Origin: Haplodiscus bocki
Taxonomy: Eukaryota
DNA: 64,000 nucleotides
Assembly: GCA_965655095.1 (NCBI GenBank)
Contig: OZ296657.1
Location: 78,740,001-78,804,000 of the forward strand
Reading direction: 5' to 3'
The notes beneath the pieces are model-generated. The model saw only the letters and a program-made list of their open reading frames with translations, was not told where the DNA came from and did not search any database. Positions 12,661-24,981 of this stretch are shown piece after piece. The translations under genes were made by a program, and so were the position numbers. How positions within the stretch are numbered: position 1 is the first letter of the stretch; each line of letters opens with the position of its first letter.

Positions 12661-15600
12661 TTCAAATTGAAGAATCATTTTTTCCAGCTATGTTCTTGGT
12701 ACTGTGTGCTTTACACGTGTTGACAGATACTTGTTCGTGTGTTGTGACAGCGAACGTCCGTTGCTGTGTGCGTCTGGATGGCGGATAGTTCTAGAGTAAC
12801 ATCTCATATGGGGTTGACTTTACTGCATAGTTTTTTTGAGAGTGAAACAGGAGCAAACTTCAAGGTTCGTGGCTTCCTTGAACTGAATTAGAAAGAAAGT
12901 GTCGTGTTCGAAAGGTGAACCCAGCCTAACATAATTGTACATCAATAAAACTCTGGTGAGGTAAAATATGGTTGAGATTCAGTTAGTGGTTAATCAAGTG
13001 GTAGATGAAACCATTTGAGTTTGGTCAATTATCTAATATCTGATGAATAAAAGAACTTATTGTCTCTAGAGGTTGCCGTGCAGTTGATGGAAGCCGAAAC
13101 TTTATGACTCAAACAAGCCAGCAGGTTGATGCAGATGACTGAATTTGCGTTGTGATTTCTTCAGGGAGCATGTAGTTGAGCAGCGGGTGTCGGCTTTAAC
13201 AGATCTGAAGTACTTGATGGCGAGAAGAAACAACACAAAGTCTCCAGAGATTCAGTTTGGATGTTTTGGAAAAGTCCTCTGACTACGATTTGACAGCAAA
13301 AGTGGACAAAAATCGCAGTCTCACTGCAATACTTTCCTTCGATAGGGAGCAAAAATGATTGATTGAACATACAACAATTCACTTTTTCACTGAAACTCAA
13401 ATTTGACGAAAAAGTCGCGACGGAGACTTGGTCGAAAGACTTCGAGTTGGATTTCTCAGAGAGTTTCGAGTTTGAAGATTTATAAAATGACGAAGTTAAT
13501 TGGACATTCTGCAAATTTCGGCCCATGAACTTTTCAGAATGAAAAACAAAACCGAAAGTTGTTCAAATAATTATTCACCGAACATCTAAAACTAGATATG
13601 CGTGCGTTACCTTGGCAGAAGATTTCAAAGTTCCTTTTCGAGAAGGATGACTTTGAATATTGAGATAGGTCTATACTGCAAGAACTTTTGCCAATATAGG
13701 CCAAGTACAATGTATTGAACATTTCTGATGATAATTGACCACGAGTTGTCTGGCTCCGATGAGAATCTTTCCTTTGACGGAGGAAGGAAGGTGGGAAAGT
13801 TGAAATGTCTGTTCTTGAAATCGAGGCATATCGAAGCTGGGAGCACTTTCTGGCAAATCCGGTGTATCAAGAAGCAATAGGTTTAGAGCTTCGAAGTGGA
13901 AGTCAATCAGATACTTTGGAAAAATAAAAAAGTTCAAAATCGACATGAAAACGTACGAAACTTTCGGGGACTTCCGGTACATCGAAACTACGATGCATGA
14001 AAGTCAACAAAATATTTCTATTCGAATGCTTCAACAAAAACAGAAAACATTACAGTGAGACCTTAAAAGAAGAAATCAGGTCAACAGTTTGGGGAAAGAC
14101 AAGTTGGAAAAACGAGATGCCGTCATACTGGAAAAACTTCGGGCATTTTTGGACTACCAAGATTCTTTTCCAAAGCAGGAGAAGACATGTTAGTTCTTTG
14201 AGCCATTGTTCCTCAAACAGTAGAAACTTTGCGATTACGGATTTGGTGCAAGGTGTCAAGCCTGTACTATTAAAGAAGTATTAGTTTCAAAAGACTGGTT
14301 TAACAACTTTGAAAAGATTTTGGCATTCTGGGACAACTGATTTTGCAATACATGGAACAGCTGCAATCATTCCAAAACCAGGTAGTTCAAAAAAGTGGGG
14401 ATGCTGAGGTTGAGACTTTTAGGTAAGAAGTCAAGTCACTGGTTATGGAGAACTATGAGTTGAAAAACTGGAGGAAATTAAATTAACAACATTTTATTGC
14501 ATATTTGAACAACCAAAACCCCAACGCAAAGAACAATAGCCATCAAATTTGGAGAAACATGCATCTGTTAGGTCTTAAGACAGTCGATATAGACCTTGAT
14601 GAAGGAGGTTTGCTTGGTAGTTACATAGAAAATGGATTTCGAATATCGAGGTAAGTTGAAAGACCAGACAATTTTAACACCTTCAGGCCATTAGAATCTC
14701 AACCCAGAAAAAGGAGAAGATTGTTTTGTCCTTTAACCTTCCCCTATACAATGAGAAATTTCTTATGAAACATTCACAAACGGATGTACCCAGATGAAAA
14801 TTAACTGAGTCCTGCAACGAATTGACATTGATAGCACTTTCTGGAAGCTTCGGACTTTTCGAAAACCAAACCAAAGAACTAAAACCATGATTTCGAGGCA
14901 CACTTTGTTCTTCAAACAAAAAAGTGTTAAATGGGAACCTAATGAGAGAAGTGGAAATGAAGTGACGGAGATTAATGATTTCGAATAACGAAAATGACCC
15001 CTCTTGAAAGCAGTTTTTGGTTTACCGGACGAAGATGATTCTGATGCCATTATGATTTTTTTGAGATTTAGTTGAAATCCCTTCCTATGATTATATAGTT
15101 TTCGATTGAAGTTTTGATGGATGAAATATTTGATAGATTAAAGAAATTAAACCTTCAGTTATGTAGATGTAAGTGTTTGAAAACTGAGCTACGTCAGAAA
15201 TTTTCTTCGAGTGTTTCAACAATATTTGGAATCCCACGTCAAGTACGGAACGATGGTTTTTCTGCGGAGAACGTCGCTTTTGATAAAAATCTTTGTTTGA
15301 GACTTTTTGGGAAAAACTAGAGTTGTGCTTGCGGAGATGGAGTTTTGGGATGTTACAAAAGTCAATACCAGTTTTTCGAAACTCCACATGATCAGGATTC
15401 CGAATGAAGGATTGAATTAGACATTTTTTCATTTGATTTCTCCCTCAAAACCTTGACTCTTTCAAAAGAGACCTTGTTGGGTGGAATCGAATGCATAGTC
15501 ACGGAGAACCGTGAGTTCGGTTAAAGAATTGAATCAATAAAATTAAGATTCTTTTGATTTATCGAACTGTCAGGAGTCTGAACAAAGAGACCCCCGGATG

Positions 15601-16192
15601 GCTAGAAAAAGTTTCTCCCGCACTTTTCTTTAAAAAGGCAAAATCGTCGATTGAAACCTTGTCTATAGGAACCAACCCTCTAGTCCGTGAATTCGAAAAT
15701 CGATGTGAAGCAATATCAATAGCACATTTCTGAATCTTTAGATTATTACACTGATTGACAAAGGACCAAAAAACATGATTTATCAACTGCATTTTTCATT
15801 TCAAATGAAAAGCTTTTGATTGAAACCGTGATGGAAATCAAACCTGTAAAAGTTGGGAAATTTGAACTTGAACATCGAAAGGAGTCATAAAAAGTAGCAC
15901 ATTTAGAACCTTAGTGTCATCAAAATTCGAAGGCAACGAGCAATTTTATTAGCTTCCTAACCAACTTTTTTTGTGCACATGAAAAATTGTCCATTCAGAC
16001 GTTAGTGGAGGATATCAAAACAGTAGCATTCTTGTTATATGGTTTTGAAAATCAACATGAAATAAAAAGAATTAATTTTTCTGGGAATTTCTGGACTATA
16101 ACGACCTTGTTACATAGAACAAAATCAATGACATCCCAATCGAATAGTTCTCCACAAGTAAAAGTTTTTCGATTCAGACCTGTGGCTGAATT

Positions 16193-16308
16193 TAAGACTT
16201 ATGAAGAATAGCCTTCGCTACAACGCAGTAGTGCTGACTGAGTCTACCCCCAGCACACAACACAATCGAATAAGCAATACATTTTCAAAACCCCCACTAC
16301 GTGCGACA
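16193..16308 (+). repeat. Element A 5' LTR (only the 3'-terminal ~115 bp is present)
   Basis: Roughly 85% identical to 31647-31760; ends ...GTGCGACA, 3 nt before the PBS. Confidence 0.85.
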
Positions 16309-16311
16309 AAC

Positions 16312-16329
16312 TGGTGCGACCAGTGAGGC
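16312..16329 (+). promoter_or_regulatory. Primer binding site of element A
   Basis: TGGTGCGACCAGTGAGGC, 3 nt after the LTR end. TGG is complementary to tRNA CCA. The GTGAGG portion resembles Ile(UAU) or elongator Met tRNA 3' ends; tRNA identity is uncertain. Confidence 0.8.
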
Positions 16330-17308
16330 ACGTCGATGAGCTATACTTGTTAAGTATCAGATGATCTTTTCTCCGCCTCCCAACGTGGTCATTTGTAGTT
16401 TTAATTTTAATTCTTATACTGGGTGCTTTGATTTCATTTATTACAGGCGCTTCTTTTGGAATAATAGTTAATTGGGCTTTAGACTTCTATCAGAGCATTT
16501 TTCACTCCAACCTACAGAGAACCTATCCCTTGGAATAAATACATCGAATTGAGTCCTTCAATTCTGTTTTACCGCAGTTTTTCAAAATTTAATTTATTTT
16601 TTGAGGAGACGAATCAAGATTTAGAAGTTTATTTAAATTTGCTACTCTATTTATTTATATTTGTTACAATAAAAATAATACTGGTTTTATTGCTAAATCC
16701 TCCAGTTCTGGTTGCACTATTCGAGATTGACGAAGCTCTGAGCAGCAGAAACTTTAGCATTTGGAAAAAAGAAGAGACGTTGCGCTTTTCCTAAATCTCT
16801 TGCTGATTCTCTTCCTGTCTCTACTCTAGGGACCCAACTATATCTTGGCAGTCATTAAAATTTGGCCAATTCTGAACAAACAATCTGACGAATAATTAAC
16901 TAATGCCTCTGGAACTTGGAGAACACCCTAATCAGCTGTGGTACTCCTTTGAACATAACGAAGTCAAATCAGTGTTTCTATTTTGGCCGTGGACAATAAA
17001 GACCCCAACTGAACAACTAGAAGTGACAATAACAAGGATTGATTTCACCCTTCATAGAGTTTAGGCTTCGCCTACACATTCATCCCGCTGGGAAACCCCT
17101 ATTTAGCAAATTCATAACGCTAACGAGATTCCACGAGCATTTTGCTTCAACTATCGCCGCTATCCAAAATTATCAAGATTTCCCAGAGCTTGGATTTCCC
17201 GAATCGGACTTGCCGGTTATCAAATCACTCGTAACTGACCCAGTGCTGAACCAAAATACGTAGATTGTTTCAATTGTTGTTTCATAATGAATTTGGTTTT
17301 CAAACCTA

Positions 17309-17665
17309 ATGCCCCAAAAACTTGAAGGTTTGATAACAAATTTGGACCAAATACCCGAGGAAGGGTGCAAACATCTTGCACTGAATTGCCTCCGGACTAT
17401 AATTTCCCAAGACGTAAACCTAACTGTTAACATCACCTGTTTGAAGTGGACTTTTAATTATGAATTCTGCCTACGAGTAACAGCCTATGCACTGGGAGCG
17501 CCAAACGTATCCAAACAAATGGACATAGATGATTATCATTCTCCGCTTAGATCCTTAACAGATGCACTTAACTTATACGAAGCTTTCCTTGAACCCCATT
17601 TGACTTCCCATCAACTTGAATTTTTGGAAGAACTAATAGAATATCTGCATTTGAAGTCCTACTGA
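17309..17665 (+). CDS. Element A leader ORF upstream of gag, unknown function (118 aa)
   Basis: ATG-initiated open frame with helical-looking composition between PBS and gag. ORF 17039-17263 is in the same frame just upstream. Confidence 0.4.
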   Translation: MPQKLEGLITNLDQIPEEGCKHLALNCLRTIISQDVNLTVNITCLKWTFNYEFCLRVTAYALGAPNVSKQMDIDDYHSPLRSLTDALNLYEAFLEPHLTSHQLEFLEELIEYLHLKSY

Positions 17666-17701
17666 AGCATTTTGGCACAACCCCATCTAGCCTCCACAGA
17701 C

Positions 17702-19088
17702 ATGGCACTGGACAAATTTTCTGGCACTGACCCAGACCAGGATGAAGAAGCATTCAATCCTTTAAAACAGTGCCAAAATAATTTTGCTCTCGGAACTGAA
17801 CCAGACCACGCTGATGCAGAGCATGTTATGTATCTATTCAGAAAAGAAGCCTTATTCTCCTCGCTGATACGGGGAGCAGCAACCGAATGGTATTTAGGCA
17901 CTAATCTGGATGCAAAGACTTGGAATGAGGTTCGAACTGTGTTCATAACAAAATGTTCAGATGGGAGAAACAAACTTAGACACAGAATGGAAGTTGAACA
18001 TTGTATACGAGCCGTTGGAGAAAAGATTCGAAACTTTCTGCACCGAAAGAAGAAAACAGTGGACAAAAGCTGGCCTGACCATGTGGTTGGGATCACAGCG
18101 GCCGATCAGAATACTGAAAGCATTGCACAATTTCGGCAAAGAAGGCAGAGATACTTCGATTACACGCTGGGAGGATTTAGACCAAGACATCTACAACGAA
18201 AAGCCCAAAACTATTTGATGGAACATCAAAATGCAATTTGGAACGACATCTCAACCCATTTATTTAACAAAGACGTATCTTATCAAGTCTCTACTAGCTT
18301 TCTGAATGACGAAGAACAGAACAAGGCTCAGATGGCCTCCTTGGGACAAAAACTATAAAACCAACGAACTGAGTTGAAAGAACACAGAGTCAATGCTGTA
18401 GAAGGAAGCCAGAAACACATTGACCATAACCAGAAGGGAAGACAGAATGCCACAAGATTTTGTGGATACTGTAGAACCAATGGTCACACTACCAGTTTCC
18501 GCAGAAAAAAGATACGAGACGAAGAATCTGAAAAATTACAAAACGAGGCTACAGCCGAGAAAAAAGTTACGTTCACCCATGACTACCACAAGAGACCTTC
18601 CCAGGGATTTGGGCATTGGACTAGTCGGAATGGTGATAATGGGCTATGATGCCAACCCCCAACCTGACACAAGAGGAAAATTTCGACCAAGCAATTAAAG
18701 TTATATCAACTTCAGTCGAAATCGACCCTGTGATCGATGTGACTACTCGAAGAACAACAATGATAGTTTCAAAGATTACAGAGCGATATCACCATACCAG
18801 TCAAACCAAGAGCAATCCAGGAATTGGAGAAGTCACAATAACAATTCACAATTGCCTTCAATGTCGAGAAAAGATCAATCCTTCACGATTTTCCGCAGTC
18901 AACTCCGATCAATTTCACCTAATCCCTCAGTGTTCAGCCGACTTGGAAACCAAGACCCGAACAAAAATATACCCCACGACAGGAATTTCCCAGTTTCTAA
19001 CAACGGCAACAAGCCAAACGTGGTTCGATTCACTACAACAGACAAAGAAAATAAAGAACTATCGGGACTATGCCCCTTAAATTGCTGA
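17702..19088 (+). pseudogene. gag: Element A gag (capsid-like domain + zinc knuckle), disrupted
   Basis: MALDKFSGTDPDQD...SLIRGAATEWY...TWNEVRTVFITK retrotransposon gag pattern; knuckle FCGYCRTNGH in ORF 18374-18649; ends CPLNC* at a probable gag-pol frameshift site. Confidence 0.85.
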
Positions 19089-22000
19089 GGTGTCCGAGCT
19101 CAACCACTGATCAGTCCAAAAATTCAAGACTCAGTTTCAACTTTTTCTACTTCGCCACCGGAGCACTCAAACAGATAGTGGCTCACAAATTGAATTCATG
19201 TTACATACTAGAGTTTCCAGCTCAATCATAAACTATCGAACCTTTTGGGAAGTCTGCCAAACTCGGCACCCAATCACTGCTAAAAGAAGCACCACACAAA
19301 CAAAGACTTACTTTGGTCAAGTTGTGCCCATGATTGGATTTGTAACATTAACTTTCAGTTACGACACGGATGGACAGTTTTCTTTCCCTTTAACCCTCTG
19401 GTCTACCGAAATGAAAACTCAAAACCATCTAGGTCTTTTGTCACAAGCAAGTGTCTGGCATTCACTTTGATCTACGCGGAACTGAACTTAAAGAGCCACC
19501 AAATACTGTGTGTTATCGAAGCCTTCATCAGAACAAATCTTGCTATTTTTTTCGGAAAATCTAACAAAAAGAACTCCACATGCGATGCACATTGAAGCGT
19601 TTTCTCCTGAAGATCCCCACGGTCATTTTACTCCTGGATCAACTTTTCACCCAGAAAGCAATGCTGTTGCTACGGCACTAACATTTGTCAATGTGTTATG
19701 TACTCAATCAGAATCAAAACTGCCTATACTAACGGAAAATAACAATAACCACCAAATTATTTCACCGAAGGGCCGTATTGGGTTTTCATCATTAGATATC
19801 TCCAACAACATTGAACCAAAGTACAAAAAACGAGACCGTTATGAGCTAAGAAACGCAATCTTCCCAACAAACGAACAGCATAACAATTGTTTTCTACTCC
19901 ACTTAAAAATTCCTTCTCAGTCACGTGACGAGTTTTGCAAATAGACTATGGTATTGAAAGTTCGATCCTTGAACAGCCCAACTCTATCGGACATTGTATC
20001 TCAGCAGACGCTAAGATTAGCAAAGGATTTGAACAGTTCTTATCAGAAAGAAGTCCGCAAGTAAGGAGAGTATGCAGACGAGCCAATATTATGAAGGACC
20101 AAGTATTCCCCATCTGGGATTTTTCATCAAGACGGTGTAACTATAACCTTGTCACAGAGGAGAAGCATTCAGATAAGCCTAACCTGCAAACTCTCGCTAC
20201 AACATTGCAAAATATGCAAGCCCACGCTACCCTGCATGGAATTTCAACAATCACCATACAAAAAATTGGACTTGGACTTGACCAGATGAACTGGCAAGAA
20301 GTAGTAAAACTCCTACGAAATGCTTCTGCTTATTAAGATTTACAAATTGTGGTCTACTCATTGAACGAACACGCAATTCACGCTATGTCCCCGAAGGAGA
20401 TCCGGAATTCTATGCCAAAGATGAAAGAGATCGATATAGTGACGAATTCCATTTGAACGAGAGAGAACTGGAAACCGATTCCACTAGTGACGCTAAGTCC
20501 GGTCAACCAGTCTGCGACGAATAATTTCCCGTTTTACGCCAGAAAGAACAAAACAAATCACTCATTGAGCACTATCCTCAATATCAGCCCAAAGAGTTAG
20601 CTTATTATATCAAACAGTTCGATTTCCAATATTCATACATAACTGACAGTGAAATGATCCTACTCATTGAAATGCTAACCGACTCAAAAGATGTAAATTC
20701 CTTCCACAAATTCGGTGTTGGGAAAACCCGACAAAAACTTCACGTTACACTAAAACCAAATGTGGAACTGGAACGCCAACGAGCAAACAAAGTGCCGCTA
20801 CACCTGAAAGACAAACTCGAGAAGTTGTCCGTAAGGTGACAACATATGGATGCCGTTATCATTCGAGAAAAAGGCGATGATGACAAGATGGGTCCTCTCT
20901 TTGTTAACCCATTAGTCCTCTTGCCAAAGAATAACTACGTTAAACTAGTGACTCATGCTCACTACTTGAACTCAGTGACCAACCTCACAAGATAATCCTG
21001 GCCGTTAGAACCAGTTTAGATGATTATGAGCAGAGTGAACGGAAAGTTCTTTTTAGTCAATGACATGTCCTGTGCATACCATCAAGTACCTCTTAGCTTC
21101 GAAACACAGAAATTGACAAACTTCATCATCGGTGGACAACAACATACTTTCACCCGAGGATTCTACGGTCTGTGTGGCCTACCCAACTTCTTCAATCGCT
21201 TAATGACGATTCATTTCGACCCACTGATCAGGAAAAAACAGGCAATTACATATATCGACGACACCATCATGCAATCGCAAACCAGAGGCGAGATGTTCAC
21301 CATCATCAATGAGTATCACCCCCTTCTGCGGAAGGCTGGGTTAAAACCTGCCACCGACAAAACTTTTTTCTATCTAAAGAAAGTAAAGTTCTTGGGACAC
21401 CTTATCTCACCGGATGGGAATCAACTGAAAGCAAAGCGTGTGGACGCCTTGAGGAACCTCAAGTCACCACAGAGTAAGCAAACGTTATGAAATACTTAGG
21501 ATGACTTGGATTCTACAGCTGCTATATCAAGAACCTACACATTGATATTCAGCCCATTTATGACTTAATTAAAGACTCTACAACATTTCACTGGACCAAA
21601 AACCATGAAAAATTGTCCAACTCCTTTAAAGAACGAATTCACAAAGATTCAATCCTGGCAGTTCCTTCTACTGATTACCCTGTTCATTTTCATGTGGACT
21701 CTTCCAATGTTGGTACAGGTTGTGTTCTCATCCAACAGTTCCCTGAAGGCAAGCGAATTTTTTCGTTTAACTCTTGTTTCTTCGACAAAGCGGAACAAAA
21801 AAATGTCCACCCTCCATCGAAATATATGCGGAACCGTATCAGTTCTTCAGACATACGAATACTACATCATCCGATCACCGTTTCCCGTCTATATCTATTG
21901 TGAGCACAAACCAATTCTTTATTTATGGGGAGGCAAAGGACAACTCTCACATCGTTTCTTCCGATATCAGATGAGCATTACGAAGTTCCAGAACTTGAAG

Positions 22001-24075
22001 ATCATTTGGACGCCAGGCTTCAACTTAGCTTTTCCAATTATTCTCAGCAGAAACATCACGATCGAAGAATACCCAAAGCACCAATTGCAACACAGACGTA
22101 TTGCGCGTGATATAGAGTTTTCCGACGAGAAGCGCATTCCGGTTTCATACCAGTTTCAGCCAGGAGACAACCCTCATGATACCTGCGACGACTTTTACCC
22201 TACAAAGTACAAACGAGGAAACTAAGAAAAAATACTGAGATTACAAAACCGTCAGTAGTATACTTGACGATTTTCCAATTACTTCAACCCAACAGGCTTC
22301 TGACTGTTTCCGGATGGGACGATTTATTAACCAATTTAGACGGAAGTGTGGGCGAGACACACAATCAAACGCATCCGTCAATACATCCAATACTGAGTAT
22401 AGTTCAATCAACTCTCTTAGTTCGGCCAAAGACGACAAAGCCAACCAGGATAGCCACTACGATATTTCACACCACATTGATACGGACTCTGAAGATGACA
22501 ATATTGTATGCGATATCAGTATATAAGCTGATAAACCCCGACTCTGCCAGGCCAAACAAGCTCACGAACTAGTGATCGGAAAGACAGATGCTGCTCTAGC
22601 CCAAAAACTACTAACAGTTTCCCACGTTCCTCACATTGACACCCGAGCATTGGTTCAAAAACTAGACGAGGTTTCTAAGGAAGTAGATCAGGACGTATCA
22701 ACCATTACCGCAGAACAAATGAAGAAACCGATAATTGGCACGGTACGTTCTTGGGTTCGCGCAAACACTTCCCCTGCTTTCAGATCACCAGAAATCCAGC
22801 TAATTAAAGGCCTCCTACGATATTGTCAAAAATTTAACAGACTTGTTATTGAAGAAGAAGGACCACTCCTTTGCTACAATGAACCATCGGACAAACTAGA
22901 CGAAGAGAACTTCCGTATTTGTCTCCTTCTATCTCTATTCCATGCATGCTTCCGACTGGGACATTACAACGGAATGGTTGGACACATGGGAACAGCTGAA
23001 ACCTATGCCAATGCCAAGAGATTCTACTACTGGCCCGGAATGTTTGATTGGATATTTGCCCTGACAGCCGATTGCCTTACTTGCCAGACCAATAAGCCTA
23101 AACCAGGGCATCGGAGTGGAACTCCTCTCGAAGAATGGCAAAACGAGACAGTTCTCTTTCGTACTGTACACATTGATCATGAGGGACCTCTCCACCCAAC
23201 TATTGCTAGCAACGCCCATTGTCTCCTAATCATTGATGCATTTTCTCATTTTTTAATGGTCTATCCAGCAGCCATAGCAACAGTTCCAGCTGTTGAAAAT
23301 TGGATCCTTTCCATTGTAATTCCACAATCAATCATATACAATCGAGGCACCGCTTTCATCTACACAGAATTTGTCAACTGGAGCAAGCAACTCGGAATTA
23401 CTCTAAAACCTCCTACAGCTCATTCGCCCTGGACAAACAACAAAATTGAAACCCAAAACCAACATATTGACCGGTATTGGAGAAGTTTTGAAAATGGTCC
23501 CGGACACAACTGGTCTTCACTAGGACTGAAGATTGAATTCACCCACAACACAAGTGTCAACTACACAACTGAAAAAACCCCATTTGAAATTGTCTTTGGG
23601 ACCGAACCACAAATTCTTATGTCCCTCAAGCTGGGGCTTTATCAGAATAAGCACAAGTTTTGCTGTTCTAACTTCTGTAAGGAGCTCCGATCTGATTCTC
23701 ATACCAAGAAAAGCTGAAAAACGAGTTATTGGACAACCTACTTCAACCGCAATTATCACAAGCCCTCCTAGAAAGAGAGAGCGAAACTTTAGGCACATTT
23801 ACTCATTTACCTTCGAGCGATGCCGAGAACAGACCGCACGATCACATGCTCATCGCAATCGCTTCAAACTGGGACACCACCTCGAAGTAGGACTGCAAGT
23901 ACTGTACAAAAATCACAAACAAGACCATACACGAAGCCAGAAACTTCAACATCGAAGGCCTGGACCTTTTACCGCCATCAAGCTATCACGAGTAACACCT
24001 ATCAATTTCAGGACGGTAAAAACCCCACGATTCTTAAAACTGTTCACAGGAATTCACGATGTGTGTCAAAATTGA
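19089..24075 (+). pseudogene. pol: Element A pol: protease, macrodomain, RT, RNase H, integrase; disrupted
   Basis: Degenerate protease FMLHTRVSSSIIN (like LDTGA); RT DMSCAYHQ...YGL...YIDD...VKFLGH; RNase H HVDSSNVGTGCVLIQ; integrase GHMG...YYWPGM...CLTCQ, HIDHEGPL, SPWTNNKIE. Confidence 0.93.
19944..20363 (+). CDS. TARG1/OARD1 (Poa1p-like) macrodomain within element A Pol, between PR and RT
   Basis: SIGHCISADAKISKGF...YNLVTEEKHSDKPNLQTL...LQNMQAHA...KIGLGLDQMNWQEV...*DLQIVVYSL aligns motif by motif with OARD1 (SLAHCISEDCRMGAGIA...YYLITKK...KPTYENL...PRIGCGLDRLQWENV...DIKITVYTL). Confidence 0.88.
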
Positions 24076-24981
24076 CGGGCAACTGAAGTGTATCAAAAAG
24101 TTTGAACTGAAGTCCTCATCAAAAACAATCTTTAACCATACTGAAGACGAAGAATAGAGTCTAGAAGTCTACAAGTGCCCACCAACATAAAATCAACTAC
24201 AAACACATCAGACGACTGTGCGCAACAGACATTTTCATTCCAGGAGACCTGGAGTGTTGAAACGGGGAACTCATCACTTCAATGCATCAACTAGAAATAT
24301 CAATCCCGCAGTCACACACAAACACACCACTCAACAGAATTAATTTCAATTACAACTTTACTTCAATCAATTTGGGAGAATATAGGATAACTACTGTTTT
24401 TTGAGTACCTGACGGGAGTCCCGTCCAAATAAGAATCAACTCGTTTGATAATCTACCCACTGTAGGTGTTATCCCAATACCTGACCGCGCAGCAGAAATT
24501 GCCAACTTTTCTGTGACCCTCACAATCGCCAGTCTGATCCAGGCCTTTCCAATTTTGGACATGACGGAAAACCCAAGAATGGTAGATCTCCTGGCGTATA
24601 TGAAAACCAACCTTCGGGACCTACTCTGGGGTGTCACTGACCAACCTACTGCATAGAACTTGCAGTCTTTACAACCTGGAATTCAAACGATAGACGAGGA
24701 AGGTAGGTGAGTTGTCCACAACCCCTACGAAGTCTACAAATCAATCAATCTACTCCACCAAAAAACAATTCCTGACAGTTGGACGCTAGGCGCCAACTGG
24801 GAACTACAAACTTCTATCATCGATGGTGGAAGTAGGATCAATTTATTCTTTGGCACTTATTTGGCGATACCGGTTTTGGTCCAGTGCACTTTATAAAAAT
24901 GTCAACGTCGTTTTTTACAGTAGAGTAGCGCCTCTATAAATATAATGCTACCGCTTCGTGTTGGTGCCTACGAAGTAGCCG

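Noticed and set aside
19510-19940. Active dUTPase between protease and macrodomain/RT (also about 51500-51800 in element B)
   Set aside because: Beta-rich spacer common in Gypsy Pol; no dUTPase catalytic motifs visible.
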